From a virus (taxonomy: Duplodnaviria > Caudoviricetes): 64,000 nt of DNA. Position 1 is the stretch's first letter, and every line of letters starts with the position of its first letter. Of this stretch, positions 27,522-36,953 are shown piece after piece. The notes under the pieces were generated by a model. The model searched no databases. It had not been told where the DNA came from and saw nothing but the letters and a program-made list of their open reading frames with translations. A program made the translations under genes and the position numbers. Location: positions 9,273 to 73,272 of IMG/VR virus record IMGVR_UViG_3300044305_003112, one strand, 5' to 3'.

Positions 27522-28256
27522 ATGGCACAAAAATTAGAAGACTGGTTAAATACAGAAGTTGAAGAGTTATCAAAATTACCTGTTGGTGATTTATCAAATA
27601 CATTCTTTTTTAGGGACCCTATGCGTCCTAATTATATAGATTATAAACATTTTTACTCACCAGCAGATGGAGTAATTTTATATCAAAAAATAATAGAAGA
27701 TGTAAACGATCCTGTTGTTGAAATTAAAGGAAGAAATTATACTTTACCAGATGTAATGGGTGATAAAAACTATAATAAACCTTCTTTAGTTATAGGAATT
27801 TTTATGACATTTTATGATGTTCATATAAATAGAATACCATATCCTGGAGTTTTAAATTTTAAACCTTTAGATCCTATTGAGTCTGTAAATAAACCTATGT
27901 TAGCTGTTGAAAAAGATATTTTAGAAATGGCTATAAACCCAAATAGTATGGGTTATTTACATTATAATCAAAGGATGTGGAATAAAATATATTGTCCTAG
28001 TATAAATTATACTTATTATTTAATACAAATAGCAGATGAAGATGTAAATGTAATAGCTCCTTTTGTAAATCATCAATATGAAATGATGGAACAAAATTCA
28101 AGATTTTCTCTTATACGATGGGGTTCACAAGTAGATTTAGTATTACCATTAGATGAGAGATTTAATTTTGAATTATTGTTAGAAAATGAAATGCATGTAA
28201 ATGCAGGTTTAGACAAGTTAATCAAAATAAATTTCACAAATAATGACAAAATCTAA
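27522..28256 (+). CDS. phosphatidylserine-decarboxylase-fold pyruvoyl-dependent decarboxylase proenzyme
   Basis: FFFRDP.R, FYSPADG (D49), DVHINRIP (H101), IRWG|SQVDL (G201-S202 autocleavage site). Confidence 0.85.
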   Translation: MAQKLEDWLNTEVEELSKLPVGDLSNTFFFRDPMRPNYIDYKHFYSPADGVILYQKIIEDVNDPVVEIKGRNYTLPDVMGDKNYNKPSLVIGIFMTFYDVHINRIPYPGVLNFKPLDPIESVNKPMLAVEKDILEMAINPNSMGYLHYNQRMWNKIYCPSINYTYYLIQIADEDVNVIAPFVNHQYEMMEQNSRFSLIRWGSQVDLVLPLDERFNFELLLENEMHVNAGLDKLIKINFTNNDKI

Positions 28257-28908
28257 TATGGAAAAATCCCCACCTAAAGGATCAGTAAGATTCTCTCTAT
28301 CTTTATCTCCTGAACAAAAAAAAGCAAAAACTGAAATATTAAAACATCCTTTTAATTTTATTGTAGGAAAAGCTGGAAGTGGAAAAACATTACTAGCAGT
28401 TCAAGTTGCATTAGATCAATTTTTTAAAAGAGAATTTAATAAAATTATTATAACAAGACCTACTATTTCAACAGAAGATAATGGATTTCTACCAGGTTCA
28501 GAAAGAGAAAAAATGGAACCATGGTTAGTTCCTATTAGAAGTAATATGAGAAAAGTTTATAATAAACCTAACATATTACAAAAAATGGAATCTAATGAAC
28601 AAATTGAATTAGTCTCATTAGCTCACTTTAGGGGTAGAACATTTGATAACTCAATAGTAATAGTGGATGAATTTCAAAATTTAACAAGATCACAATTAGC
28701 AATGGCTGTTGGAAGATTAGGTAAAGATTCAAAAATGTTATTTTGTGGAGATTCATACCAAATTGATTTAAAAGATAAAAATTATTCAGCATATCATGAC
28801 ATGGCTAAATTAGTAAATTCAGATTATGTTTTTAAATGTGTGTTAAATGATTCTCATAGACATGATGCTATAGATAATTTATTAGAATTATTAAATGGAT
28901 ATCATTAA
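28243..28908 (+). CDS. phoH: PhoH-family ATPase
   Basis: GKAGSGKT, ITRP, GFLPG..EKM.PW, FRGRTF, IVDEFQN, LGKDSKMLFCGD..QIDL, RH. Confidence 0.95.
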   Translation: MTKSNMEKSPPKGSVRFSLSLSPEQKKAKTEILKHPFNFIVGKAGSGKTLLAVQVALDQFFKREFNKIIITRPTISTEDNGFLPGSEREKMEPWLVPIRSNMRKVYNKPNILQKMESNEQIELVSLAHFRGRTFDNSIVIVDEFQNLTRSQLAMAVGRLGKDSKMLFCGDSYQIDLKDKNYSAYHDMAKLVNSDYVFKCVLNDSHRHDAIDNLLELLNGYH

Positions 28909-28926
28909 TTTCCCAATACTTTTTTA

Positions 28927-28934
28927 TATTTATA
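28927..28934 (+). promoter_or_regulatory. putative late promoter motif TATTTATA(AATA)
   Basis: in the gap before ATG 28945. Confidence 0.55.
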
Positions 28935-28944
28935 AATAAAACTT

Positions 28945-29352
28945 ATGGCAGCAGGAAAATATAATTTTGTAATAGAACAAGGATCTACAGTAGATTTTGA
29001 AATCCAATATAAGGATTCAGCATCAGTTCCCGTAGATTTATACAGTCATCATGCTAAAATGCAATTAAGATCGGGTTATGGTAGTGATGCTAAATTATAT
29101 TTAACTCTTAGTAGTAGTTTAGACACTTGTGGTGGAGGATTAAATTTAAGTGGATCAAAAAGTGATTCAACTTATCCTAAACCTCTAGCATCAGGAGCTA
29201 TTGGGATATATATTACTGGATACTCATCTTCATTTTTAGATTTTAATGAAGCATATTATGATTTAGAATTATATTCTGGTAGTGGAACATGTCAAACTGT
29301 TACTAGAGTGCTCGAAGGTAAAATAAAATTATCTAAAGAAGTAACAGTATAA
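28945..29352 (+). CDS. tail-fibre attachment/BppU-N-like beta-sandwich protein
   Basis: YNFVIEQGST, VPVDL...AKMQLR, AYYDLEL, TRVLEGKIKLSKEVT; precedes the fibre gene. Confidence 0.6.
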   Translation: MAAGKYNFVIEQGSTVDFEIQYKDSASVPVDLYSHHAKMQLRSGYGSDAKLYLTLSSSLDTCGGGLNLSGSKSDSTYPKPLASGAIGIYITGYSSSFLDFNEAYYDLELYSGSGTCQTVTRVLEGKIKLSKEVTV

Positions 29353-29355
29353 ATA

Positions 29356-32300
29356 ATGGCTGTAAATATAAATCCAAAAAATACTAATGTACAGGTAAAT
29401 TCTGCTAAAAATGTAATCACTATTACTAACAAAACTAGTAATAAAAGTGTTTTAGTCCAACCAGAAACAACCAAAATAGTCCAAGTAAATACTCCTGGAC
29501 CAATGGGTCCATCATTTGGAGGTACCTTAACAGGTTCTTTAAACATATCAGGTTCATCTGATTTTTCTGGTGATGTTTTAATAGAAGGAAATTTAAAAGT
29601 AGAGGGTTCATCTTCATTTGAAGGAAATATATCTTCATCAGGAGGAACTATAAGTGGAAGTAAATATTTAGTTTCAACTAATATAACAGGAAGTAGTGCA
29701 AGTTTTGATGGATATTATTTTAATAATCAATGGGGTAAAAGAAATGCATCAATATTTGTAACTGATCGGTTTGGAAATACAGGTGGAACCTATCCATCTT
29801 CATCTAATTCTAGTAGTAATTACATTAATATAGGTCAAAAAGATAGTCTTTCTAGTGGTATAGTACTTAATGCAAAGTACTTTAGTATAACATCTTCGGG
29901 TATATTTTCTTCAAGTGATTATTTTGTAGCACCTAAATATTTTGTCCAACAAAGTACTGGAATAGGTCTTTCTAATTTTACTGCTGGTGGGGGTTCTGCT
30001 GGTGATTATTTACAATTAAGAAATACAACTCATTCGAATGACCAAATAGAATTTATCTCTGCACCAGCAGGACAAATGATTCGTAATAGATCAAGATCTT
30101 TTAATATTGTATTGGATTCTCAAAACGCAACAACTTCTTCTCGTTTTAATATATTTAGAGATTTTCAACAACCAAGTGTCATTTTCCCAGGCCTTGGAGC
30201 AGATTTAATGTTTTCTGTAGATAATTGGGGTAATGTAACTGCAAGTCGAGGAGGAAAAGGAAGTGGAGGTAGTGCTACTGATTTACAAAATAGTGGTAAT
30301 ATTAGTGCAAGTGGATTTATGTATGCTTCAAAATATTTTGGGGATGATGATAGTAATATAGGTACTTATAGTAGGGTTTCTACTCAAACAACATATGGAA
30401 ATACAAATAAACCAACAATAATCCAAGGTGAAGTAACAATGTCTGAACCGGGAGGTTTACTAGTAAACAGTAATATAAGTGCAAGTGGTGATGTAATTAC
30501 ATCTAATATAAGTGCAAGCGGTTATGTAAGTGCATCTCAATTTATAGGTTCTTTTTCGGGAAGTATAAATAATGCTGTTACAGCTTCATATTCAATATCT
30601 TCATCATATGCAGAATCATCAGATCATTTTACAGCATCATTTATTAGTTCAAGCGGTTATGTTTCTGCATCTCAATTTATAGGCTCTCTTACGGGATCAA
30701 TTACTCCATCATCATTACCAAGTGGTATAATTTCAGGATCTTCTCAATTACCAAGCGGTATAATATCTAGTTCAACCCAATTACCAAGTGGAATAATATC
30801 AAGCTCTCTTCAATTACCTTCTGGCATAATATCTGGTTCTGATCATATATTTACAGCAATAACATCATCAGGTAATATTAGTGCAAGTGGTTATATAAGT
30901 GCAAGTGAGTTTAGTGGTTTATTTACTGGATCTTTATTTGGATCTTCATCATATGCTACAACTTCATCTTTCGCAATGACTGCATCTTACGCACACTCTG
31001 CATCAATTGAAATTACTCATGAAGTATCTTCATCATATGCAGAATCAGCATCATTTGCCCAACATTCTGACATCTTTACAGCATCTATTGTAAGCGCAAG
31101 TGGTACAGTAATAGGTAATACAATGGTTGTTAATACTGACACACCAGCTGAAGATATGGAATTTACTGTTGTAGGTGATATGAGTGCAAGTGGATATAAT
31201 TATACTAATCTTGGATTATTTGTAAACCAAACCCAATCTGTTGTAAGTGTGGGATTGGTTCTTCCTCATTTAGGGTTAGCATTTGGAAATAGCAACCATG
31301 CATCATCTTTAATAGGAAATATAATTAATTTAGGTAGTAATGATGACCAACACACAACAGCATCAGGTAATATAAGTGCAAGTGGTAATATATTTGGGAA
31401 TGTTGGAACATTTAATGATTTAGGAAATATAACAGCATCAGGCAATATAAGTTCAAGCGGCTATGTTTCTGCATCTCAATTTATAGGCTCTTTTACAGGA
31501 TCATTTTTTGGAACAATAGAATCATCATCATATGCTACAACAGCATCATTTGCTCAACATTCTGATAATTTTACAGCATCTATAGTAAGTGCAAGTGCTC
31601 AAATGTTTTCACCTAAATATTCAATAGATAATCAAAATTATTTTGATAAAACACAAATAGCCTTTACAAACACAGGAGATAATCTTGCTCTTAGAGCAGG
31701 TTTATCAGGTGTAGATCAAGGACAACCTTTAATGGATTCTGTTGGTGGTTTTTCTTTTATGTTAGATAGTAATGGTGCAGGTAATGATGCATTTTTTAAT
31801 TTATATAAAGGGGGCACTATTCCAGCATTAGGAACTCAAATATTTCATATAGATAATAGTGGTAATATAACAGCATCAAGTAATATGAGTGCAAGTGGTT
31901 ATATTTCTGCATCTCAATTTATAGGTTCTTTTACAGGATCAATTTCAGGAGTAGAATCATCATCATATGCTACAACTGCATCTTTTGCCCAACATTCTGA
32001 TAATTTTACAGCATCTATTGTAACAGCATCTCTATTTGTAGGGGCAGAGTCTTATTATGCAGTAGGTCAACAAATTTTAGCTTATATACCAGCATATTCT
32101 ACATTTTATTTTGGTAATAATTCATTTAAAACTCAAGTCCAAGGTACAAACATATTATTAAATGCACCCGTAACAGCATCAGGTAATGTAAGTTCAAGTG
32201 GCACAATACGAAGTCAAGATTTAATAGTAGATAGAAATATAACAACAAATATAAGTTTAAATGTAAATGGATTAACAACATTTAGTGGATCATATGGAAA

Positions 32301-34086
32301 TTATAATACCCCTGCACTTGGAAGTGGACAATTAACAGCAGCTGTAGTAACAGGATCAATAATTCCACAAGTTGATGTACCTTATAATGGTACACATGAA
32401 TTAGGAAGTAAATCAAATCCATGGAGAAAAGTATGGGTTGCAGGAGCATCATTAGAATTTGTTAGTGCTTCTTCAGAAGGTACCAATGTTGTATCTGAAT
32501 CTTTTACATATGCTAATATTAATAGATTACAAGAAGGAAAAACACTTGCTACACAATCTATAGGTTCATTGGGAACAGATTATGCAAAATACGCAGCATG
32601 GATTCATCCCCAAACTGATACTTCATATCAAAAATTAGATTCAGATAGATATCAATTTGTAATATTAGGTTCAGAAGTATTTGATCTTCAAGCAGGAACT
32701 ACAACCGTATCTACTAATAATTTTGTAGCTAAATCTATAAGTGCAAGTGGTCATATAACATCATCAAATGTAAGTGCAAGTGGAAATATCTTTGGTAAAG
32801 ATGCACAATTTGGGAGTAATACTGTGATTATAGATGGTGATGGTGGTCATATAACAGCCTCAGGTAATATAAGTGCAAGTAATAATGTATATGGTAAAGA
32901 AATATGGTTTAAAGATAAACTTCAACCTACAGCAGGAAATGATTTAGATGATCGCATATTATATAATCCTGAACCAAATAGATATTTAGCTTTTTCTCTT
33001 GATGGTGCTGATTATTTTAGAGTTTATAATGGAACAATGACTTTTGGTGACATTGATAATGTTACTGGTGCTGACTTTGCTATGAATGGAAATTTCAGTG
33101 CTAGTGGTACTGTATATACTAATAAAATTCGTACTAAAAGAGTAGGTGCTTCTGATGTTAGCAACAATTTAGAATTATTTGCATTAACATCTCAAGGATA
33201 TATAGGTTATACAATATCAAGTTCAGGTAATGCTCTTGTTCCTCAAAATTCCACTACAAGATTAGGATTAGGATCAACTAAACTACCAGCAGTAGGTTCA
33301 AGATTAGACCTAACTGGAGATATGATAATAACAGGAAGTATAACATCTTCAGGTGGTGATATAAGTGCAAGTAGTCACATACATGGACTTACACATTATG
33401 GCTCTACATTTCAACCACTACCAGGAAATACATCAGTAGGTATTGGTTCAATAAGCACAACTTCTCAAAACTTTACTATAACTATAGGCCATCATACAAA
33501 TCCTGCACCACTTACAATAAATTCAGATATAACAGCATCAGGTAACATAAGTGGTAGTGCAACTACATCTAATTTTATAGCAGCAACAGGTTCATTCCAA
33601 AAATTAACAGGAGATACAACCCAAGCAACAGCATTAGAAGTTGAAGGATATGTAAGTGCAAGTTACTTTACAGGTAATATATTATACCAAACAGGCTCTG
33701 TATCATCAGGTGCAATACAAGGAGAAGGAGAGATAATTTATTTTGGTAATACTAATGTAACAGCTGGAGAAATATATACTATTAATCCTGCAGGAGGATG
33801 GACGCAAGCTACTTACCAAACTGCAGCAGCAGCAACCGGATCTTTAGCATTAGCATTAGGAACAAATTCAACAACCCATGGGATGTTATTAAAAGGTACA
33901 GCAAAAGTAGCAAGCAACCCCGGTAGTGTAAGTGTAGGAGCACCATTATATTTATTTTCAGCTGGGAGAGCAAATAAAGAATTTGCATATTCCTCAGGAG
34001 AAATAGCTAGAATAGTAGGATACTATTTAAAATCAGATGGAACAATTTTATTTGATCCTGACAAAACATGGGTAGTTGTAAGTTAA
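29356..34086 (+). CDS. giant S/G/T/A-rich repetitive tail fibre / virion appendage protein
   Basis: 1576 aa with many ITASGNISASG, SASQFIGSFTGS and SSYATTASFAQHSD repeats. Confidence 0.8.
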   Translation: MAVNINPKNTNVQVNSAKNVITITNKTSNKSVLVQPETTKIVQVNTPGPMGPSFGGTLTGSLNISGSSDFSGDVLIEGNLKVEGSSSFEGNISSSGGTISGSKYLVSTNITGSSASFDGYYFNNQWGKRNASIFVTDRFGNTGGTYPSSSNSSSNYINIGQKDSLSSGIVLNAKYFSITSSGIFSSSDYFVAPKYFVQQSTGIGLSNFTAGGGSAGDYLQLRNTTHSNDQIEFISAPAGQMIRNRSRSFNIVLDSQNATTSSRFNIFRDFQQPSVIFPGLGADLMFSVDNWGNVTASRGGKGSGGSATDLQNSGNISASGFMYASKYFGDDDSNIGTYSRVSTQTTYGNTNKPTIIQGEVTMSEPGGLLVNSNISASGDVITSNISASGYVSASQFIGSFSGSINNAVTASYSISSSYAESSDHFTASFISSSGYVSASQFIGSLTGSITPSSLPSGIISGSSQLPSGIISSSTQLPSGIISSSLQLPSGIISGSDHIFTAITSSGNISASGYISASEFSGLFTGSLFGSSSYATTSSFAMTASYAHSASIEITHEVSSSYAESASFAQHSDIFTASIVSASGTVIGNTMVVNTDTPAEDMEFTVVGDMSASGYNYTNLGLFVNQTQSVVSVGLVLPHLGLAFGNSNHASSLIGNIINLGSNDDQHTTASGNISASGNIFGNVGTFNDLGNITASGNISSSGYVSASQFIGSFTGSFFGTIESSSYATTASFAQHSDNFTASIVSASAQMFSPKYSIDNQNYFDKTQIAFTNTGDNLALRAGLSGVDQGQPLMDSVGGFSFMLDSNGAGNDAFFNLYKGGTIPALGTQIFHIDNSGNITASSNMSASGYISASQFIGSFTGSISGVESSSYATTASFAQHSDNFTASIVTASLFVGAESYYAVGQQILAYIPAYSTFYFGNNSFKTQVQGTNILLNAPVTASGNVSSSGTIRSQDLIVDRNITTNISLNVNGLTTFSGSYGNYNTPALGSGQLTAAVVTGSIIPQVDVPYNGTHELGSKSNPWRKVWVAGASLEFVSASSEGTNVVSESFTYANINRLQEGKTLATQSIGSLGTDYAKYAAWIHPQTDTSYQKLDSDRYQFVILGSEVFDLQAGTTTVSTNNFVAKSISASGHITSSNVSASGNIFGKDAQFGSNTVIIDGDGGHITASGNISASNNVYGKEIWFKDKLQPTAGNDLDDRILYNPEPNRYLAFSLDGADYFRVYNGTMTFGDIDNVTGADFAMNGNFSASGTVYTNKIRTKRVGASDVSNNLELFALTSQGYIGYTISSSGNALVPQNSTTRLGLGSTKLPAVGSRLDLTGDMIITGSITSSGGDISASSHIHGLTHYGSTFQPLPGNTSVGIGSISTTSQNFTITIGHHTNPAPLTINSDITASGNISGSATTSNFIAATGSFQKLTGDTTQATALEVEGYVSASYFTGNILYQTGSVSSGAIQGEGEIIYFGNTNVTAGEIYTINPAGGWTQATYQTAAAATGSLALALGTNSTTHGMLLKGTAKVASNPGSVSVGAPLYLFSAGRANKEFAYSSGEIARIVGYYLKSDGTILFDPDKTWVVVS
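30715..30840 (+). repeat. 33-bp tandem repeat, about 3.8 copies (LPSGIISxSxQ)
   Basis: units start with TTACC at 30715, 30748, 30781 and 30814. Confidence 0.85.
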
Positions 34087-34101
34087 TAAAAAATTAAGAT
34101 T

Positions 34102-34479
34102 ATGGCAGATTATACACTTGAAGAATTACAACAAATGCTTGCTGAAAAGCAAGAAGAAGAAGCAATAGCTAATGATACACCAACTGCTTTTGAAATATAT
34201 GAAAGAAGTATTGTAGAAGCTAGTGATTATGAAGAAATCTACATTTATTATACAGGTTCTTTTAATACTAAATTAGGTTATATTGCAAAATCTCAAACAG
34301 AAGATAAAAAAATAGTATGGCAAACTTACTATATAAATGAAATGAGAAATGGAAAGTTAGTAGGAAGAAGTCCTCAAAATAGAGTTTCAACAACTGGCTC
34401 TTATAATAGTGTTATACCTAATCCTACTCTACAAATTATAGGTTCACGTGAAGTTGACACAACAGTAATGAAAGGATAA
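34102..34479 (+). CDS. hypothetical protein in the fibre cassette (possible fibre chaperone)
   Basis: 125-aa ORF directly after the fibre gene. Confidence 0.7.
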   Translation: MADYTLEELQQMLAEKQEEEAIANDTPTAFEIYERSIVEASDYEEIYIYYTGSFNTKLGYIAKSQTEDKKIVWQTYYINEMRNGKLVGRSPQNRVSTTGSYNSVIPNPTLQIIGSREVDTTVMKG

Positions 34480-34481
34480 TT

Positions 34482-36140
34482 ATGGCAGTATATTATGTAA
34501 GTAAATATGGAGATGATAATAATAATGGAAGTTTAAACCTACCATTTTTAACTATAGATTATGCAGATACTCAAATATCAGCTGGTGATACAATTTATAT
34601 AGCTCCAGGAATATATAGAGAAAAAGTTCAATTCTCAGTAGGAGGTGCAGCAGGTAATCATGTTAGATGGATAGGAGACCCAGATTTAAATCAATTTTCA
34701 CAAGCCAACCTACCAGCAGGTTCTGCATCTTATGAAAAAGGTGTAATTAGAGTTACGTCAGCTAATGAAAATGAACAATATGATGGTGATGCTAATTGCT
34801 ATGCTCTTTATACTTATACTAAAACTTACATAGAATTTCACAACATTCATGCTGATGGTGGAGGATCAAAAACAGGAACAAATTCAGCAAGAAACTCTTA
34901 TTCTTTTAGAGGATATAATGACGTATATGATATATATGCTTTTAATTGTTTAGCTCAAGGATCATCACATGGTTTTTATAGAATATCTACGGCTAATTGT
35001 TTGGCTATATCTTGTGGAGCGTATGGTTTTTATCAAGGTGAAAAACAGGTAAATTCAATAGCAATAGGAGGATATTCTGGTTTTTACCAAAGTGATCTTT
35101 GTGTAGATTGTATAGCTATTGGTGGAGGAGTAGGAGGTTTTTGGAATGTAGATAAAATGGTTAATTGTGCAACAATTGGAGGAGCTGTAGGTTTTAGATG
35201 TTATGATCAAAATGATTATGTCTACGATAGTATAGCAATAGGGGCATCAACAGGATTCCAATCTTCATTTAATACACAAGCTCAAGGAACAGTAATAAGT
35301 GGAAGTTTTGCCCAAGGGAATTATGGTATAACATATAGAGGAAATATATCAAATTTTAGATGGGGAGCAGGAAATTATAGATTTGTATCTAACACTAATG
35401 GTTATCCTTATGGTTGGGATGGTAGTGCTCCTGGTTTTCAAAATATATCAACTGGAGATGTAGGGTTATTATGGTCTTATAATAAATTAATTGATATAGC
35501 AGAAGTATTAAAACCTACACTTTTAAATAAAATGGTACGAGGAGCATCAGATTCTAACCATGATAGTGATAGAGCACAGCAAGATTCTTCACTTGAAGGA
35601 CCCTATACTGATTATGAATTACAAGATATAGCAAATTCCCCAAGATTATTAGGTGAAAGAACAGCAAGTTTTCATTTAAATGATAATGGATTATCTAAAA
35701 GAGACTTAGGTCCTTGGGAATTTTCAACTACAGAAATAACTAGTTCTATTAATTTTTCAGCTGTTTCTCAAAGCACACCAGGATTTAGAATTTTAGGAGA
35801 AGGAATAAAATATTTTAAAATAGGTCAACCTTCAGGAAGTGCTATAACAGCAAGCGTTAATGTTTATTATACTTCAAGTGCAACAATGAAACCATCAATT
35901 TCATTTAAGTATTTTAAGACAATGCCATCTTCATCAACATATAATGGTAATCTTTTTGCATATTCAACAGGTTCCCAATTAGATATACAAACAACAATAG
36001 CAACAGCTAATCAAAATACGTGGACTAATGTAGCAGTTTCTGCAAGTCCATCATCAAATGATCAAGTTTTACAACTTCAATTATATGCTAGATCAACAGG
36101 TTCAGCAACAGCTTCATTTAGTGATATATTAATACAATGA
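34482..36140 (+). CDS. right-handed beta-helix (pectin-lyase-like/DUF1565-type) virion protein, candidate tailspike/depolymerase
   Basis: YYVSKYGDDNNNGSLNLPFLTI..GDTIYIAPGIYRE start, C/A-I-A-I-G-G helical repeats, DLGPWE cap. Confidence 0.7.
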   Translation: MAVYYVSKYGDDNNNGSLNLPFLTIDYADTQISAGDTIYIAPGIYREKVQFSVGGAAGNHVRWIGDPDLNQFSQANLPAGSASYEKGVIRVTSANENEQYDGDANCYALYTYTKTYIEFHNIHADGGGSKTGTNSARNSYSFRGYNDVYDIYAFNCLAQGSSHGFYRISTANCLAISCGAYGFYQGEKQVNSIAIGGYSGFYQSDLCVDCIAIGGGVGGFWNVDKMVNCATIGGAVGFRCYDQNDYVYDSIAIGASTGFQSSFNTQAQGTVISGSFAQGNYGITYRGNISNFRWGAGNYRFVSNTNGYPYGWDGSAPGFQNISTGDVGLLWSYNKLIDIAEVLKPTLLNKMVRGASDSNHDSDRAQQDSSLEGPYTDYELQDIANSPRLLGERTASFHLNDNGLSKRDLGPWEFSTTEITSSINFSAVSQSTPGFRILGEGIKYFKIGQPSGSAITASVNVYYTSSATMKPSISFKYFKTMPSSSTYNGNLFAYSTGSQLDIQTTIATANQNTWTNVAVSASPSSNDQVLQLQLYARSTGSATASFSDILIQ

Positions 36141-36358
36141 TAATAAAAAACGGCGAAATATTTGGTATAAGTATTAAAAAAAATACTAATAGACAATCTA
36201 AAATAATTGTTAAAAATGGTGATATAACAGGGTTAATAGGATTTGAAAAAACACCAGTTATAGCTCCATCAGGATATGCAAATACAATAATAGGGGTTAA
36301 TATAAGTAGTATTATAAATGTAGCAACAGCAAATGTTTCTAACGTTATAGGAGTTTAA
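36137..36358 (+). CDS. small Ile/Val-rich structural protein
   Basis: 73 aa; ATGA overlap with the previous gene; internal IIxKNGxI duplication. Confidence 0.6.
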   Translation: MIIKNGEIFGISIKKNTNRQSKIIVKNGDITGLIGFEKTPVIAPSGYANTIIGVNISSIINVATANVSNVIGV

Positions 36359-36368
36359 AAATTAAAAT

Positions 36369-36902
36369 ATGGCACAAGTAGATTTACTAATAAGTGGTGT
36401 AATTTCTGAAAATACGGCAACTCCTGCTTCTAATATGGAAAGTGATGATGGTAATACATGTAATTTTTTAAATACACAAATAGCACTAGTAAGTTTAGAT
36501 GATATGCCTTCAAATGTAGATGCAATAACATCAGCAACAATACATATTCAAGGTAATATATCACCTACTAAAACAATTGCAAATGTAGATTTAAAATTAC
36601 TAACCTCGGGTGGTACAATGTTACGAGAAGATGCATTTAATGTTGATGCACCAACTGCTGTTAATTATACATCTGATACATGGACTACTTATATAGATGG
36701 TGGAGCAACTTCAACATGGGATACCACAGTTGTAAATGATATGAGATTGCAAGTTAAACACGCTGGTAATATATCAGGAACACCTACTTTTTTAGCTGAT
36801 TTTGCATTTGTAAGAATTGTTTATACTGAAACAGCTATCCCACCTACTGTAAAATTAACATCAGGTAAGGTTATTATAACAAATGGTAAAGTATCTGTAT
36901 AA
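36369..36902 (+). CDS. beta-sandwich-like structural protein (possible carbohydrate-binding tip)
   Basis: 177 aa; C-terminal VKLTSGKVIITNGKVSV trimer-type motif. Confidence 0.6.
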   Translation: MAQVDLLISGVISENTATPASNMESDDGNTCNFLNTQIALVSLDDMPSNVDAITSATIHIQGNISPTKTIANVDLKLLTSGGTMLREDAFNVDAPTAVNYTSDTWTTYIDGGATSTWDTTVVNDMRLQVKHAGNISGTPTFLADFAFVRIVYTETAIPPTVKLTSGKVIITNGKVSV

Positions 36903-36929
36903 TAAAGGCATCTAAAATCTTTTTTTTCA

Positions 36930-36937
36930 TATTTATA
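36930..36937 (+). promoter_or_regulatory. putative late promoter motif TATTTATA
   Basis: in the gap before ATG 36954. Confidence 0.55.
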
Positions 36938-36953
36938 ATAAAATAATTGACTT

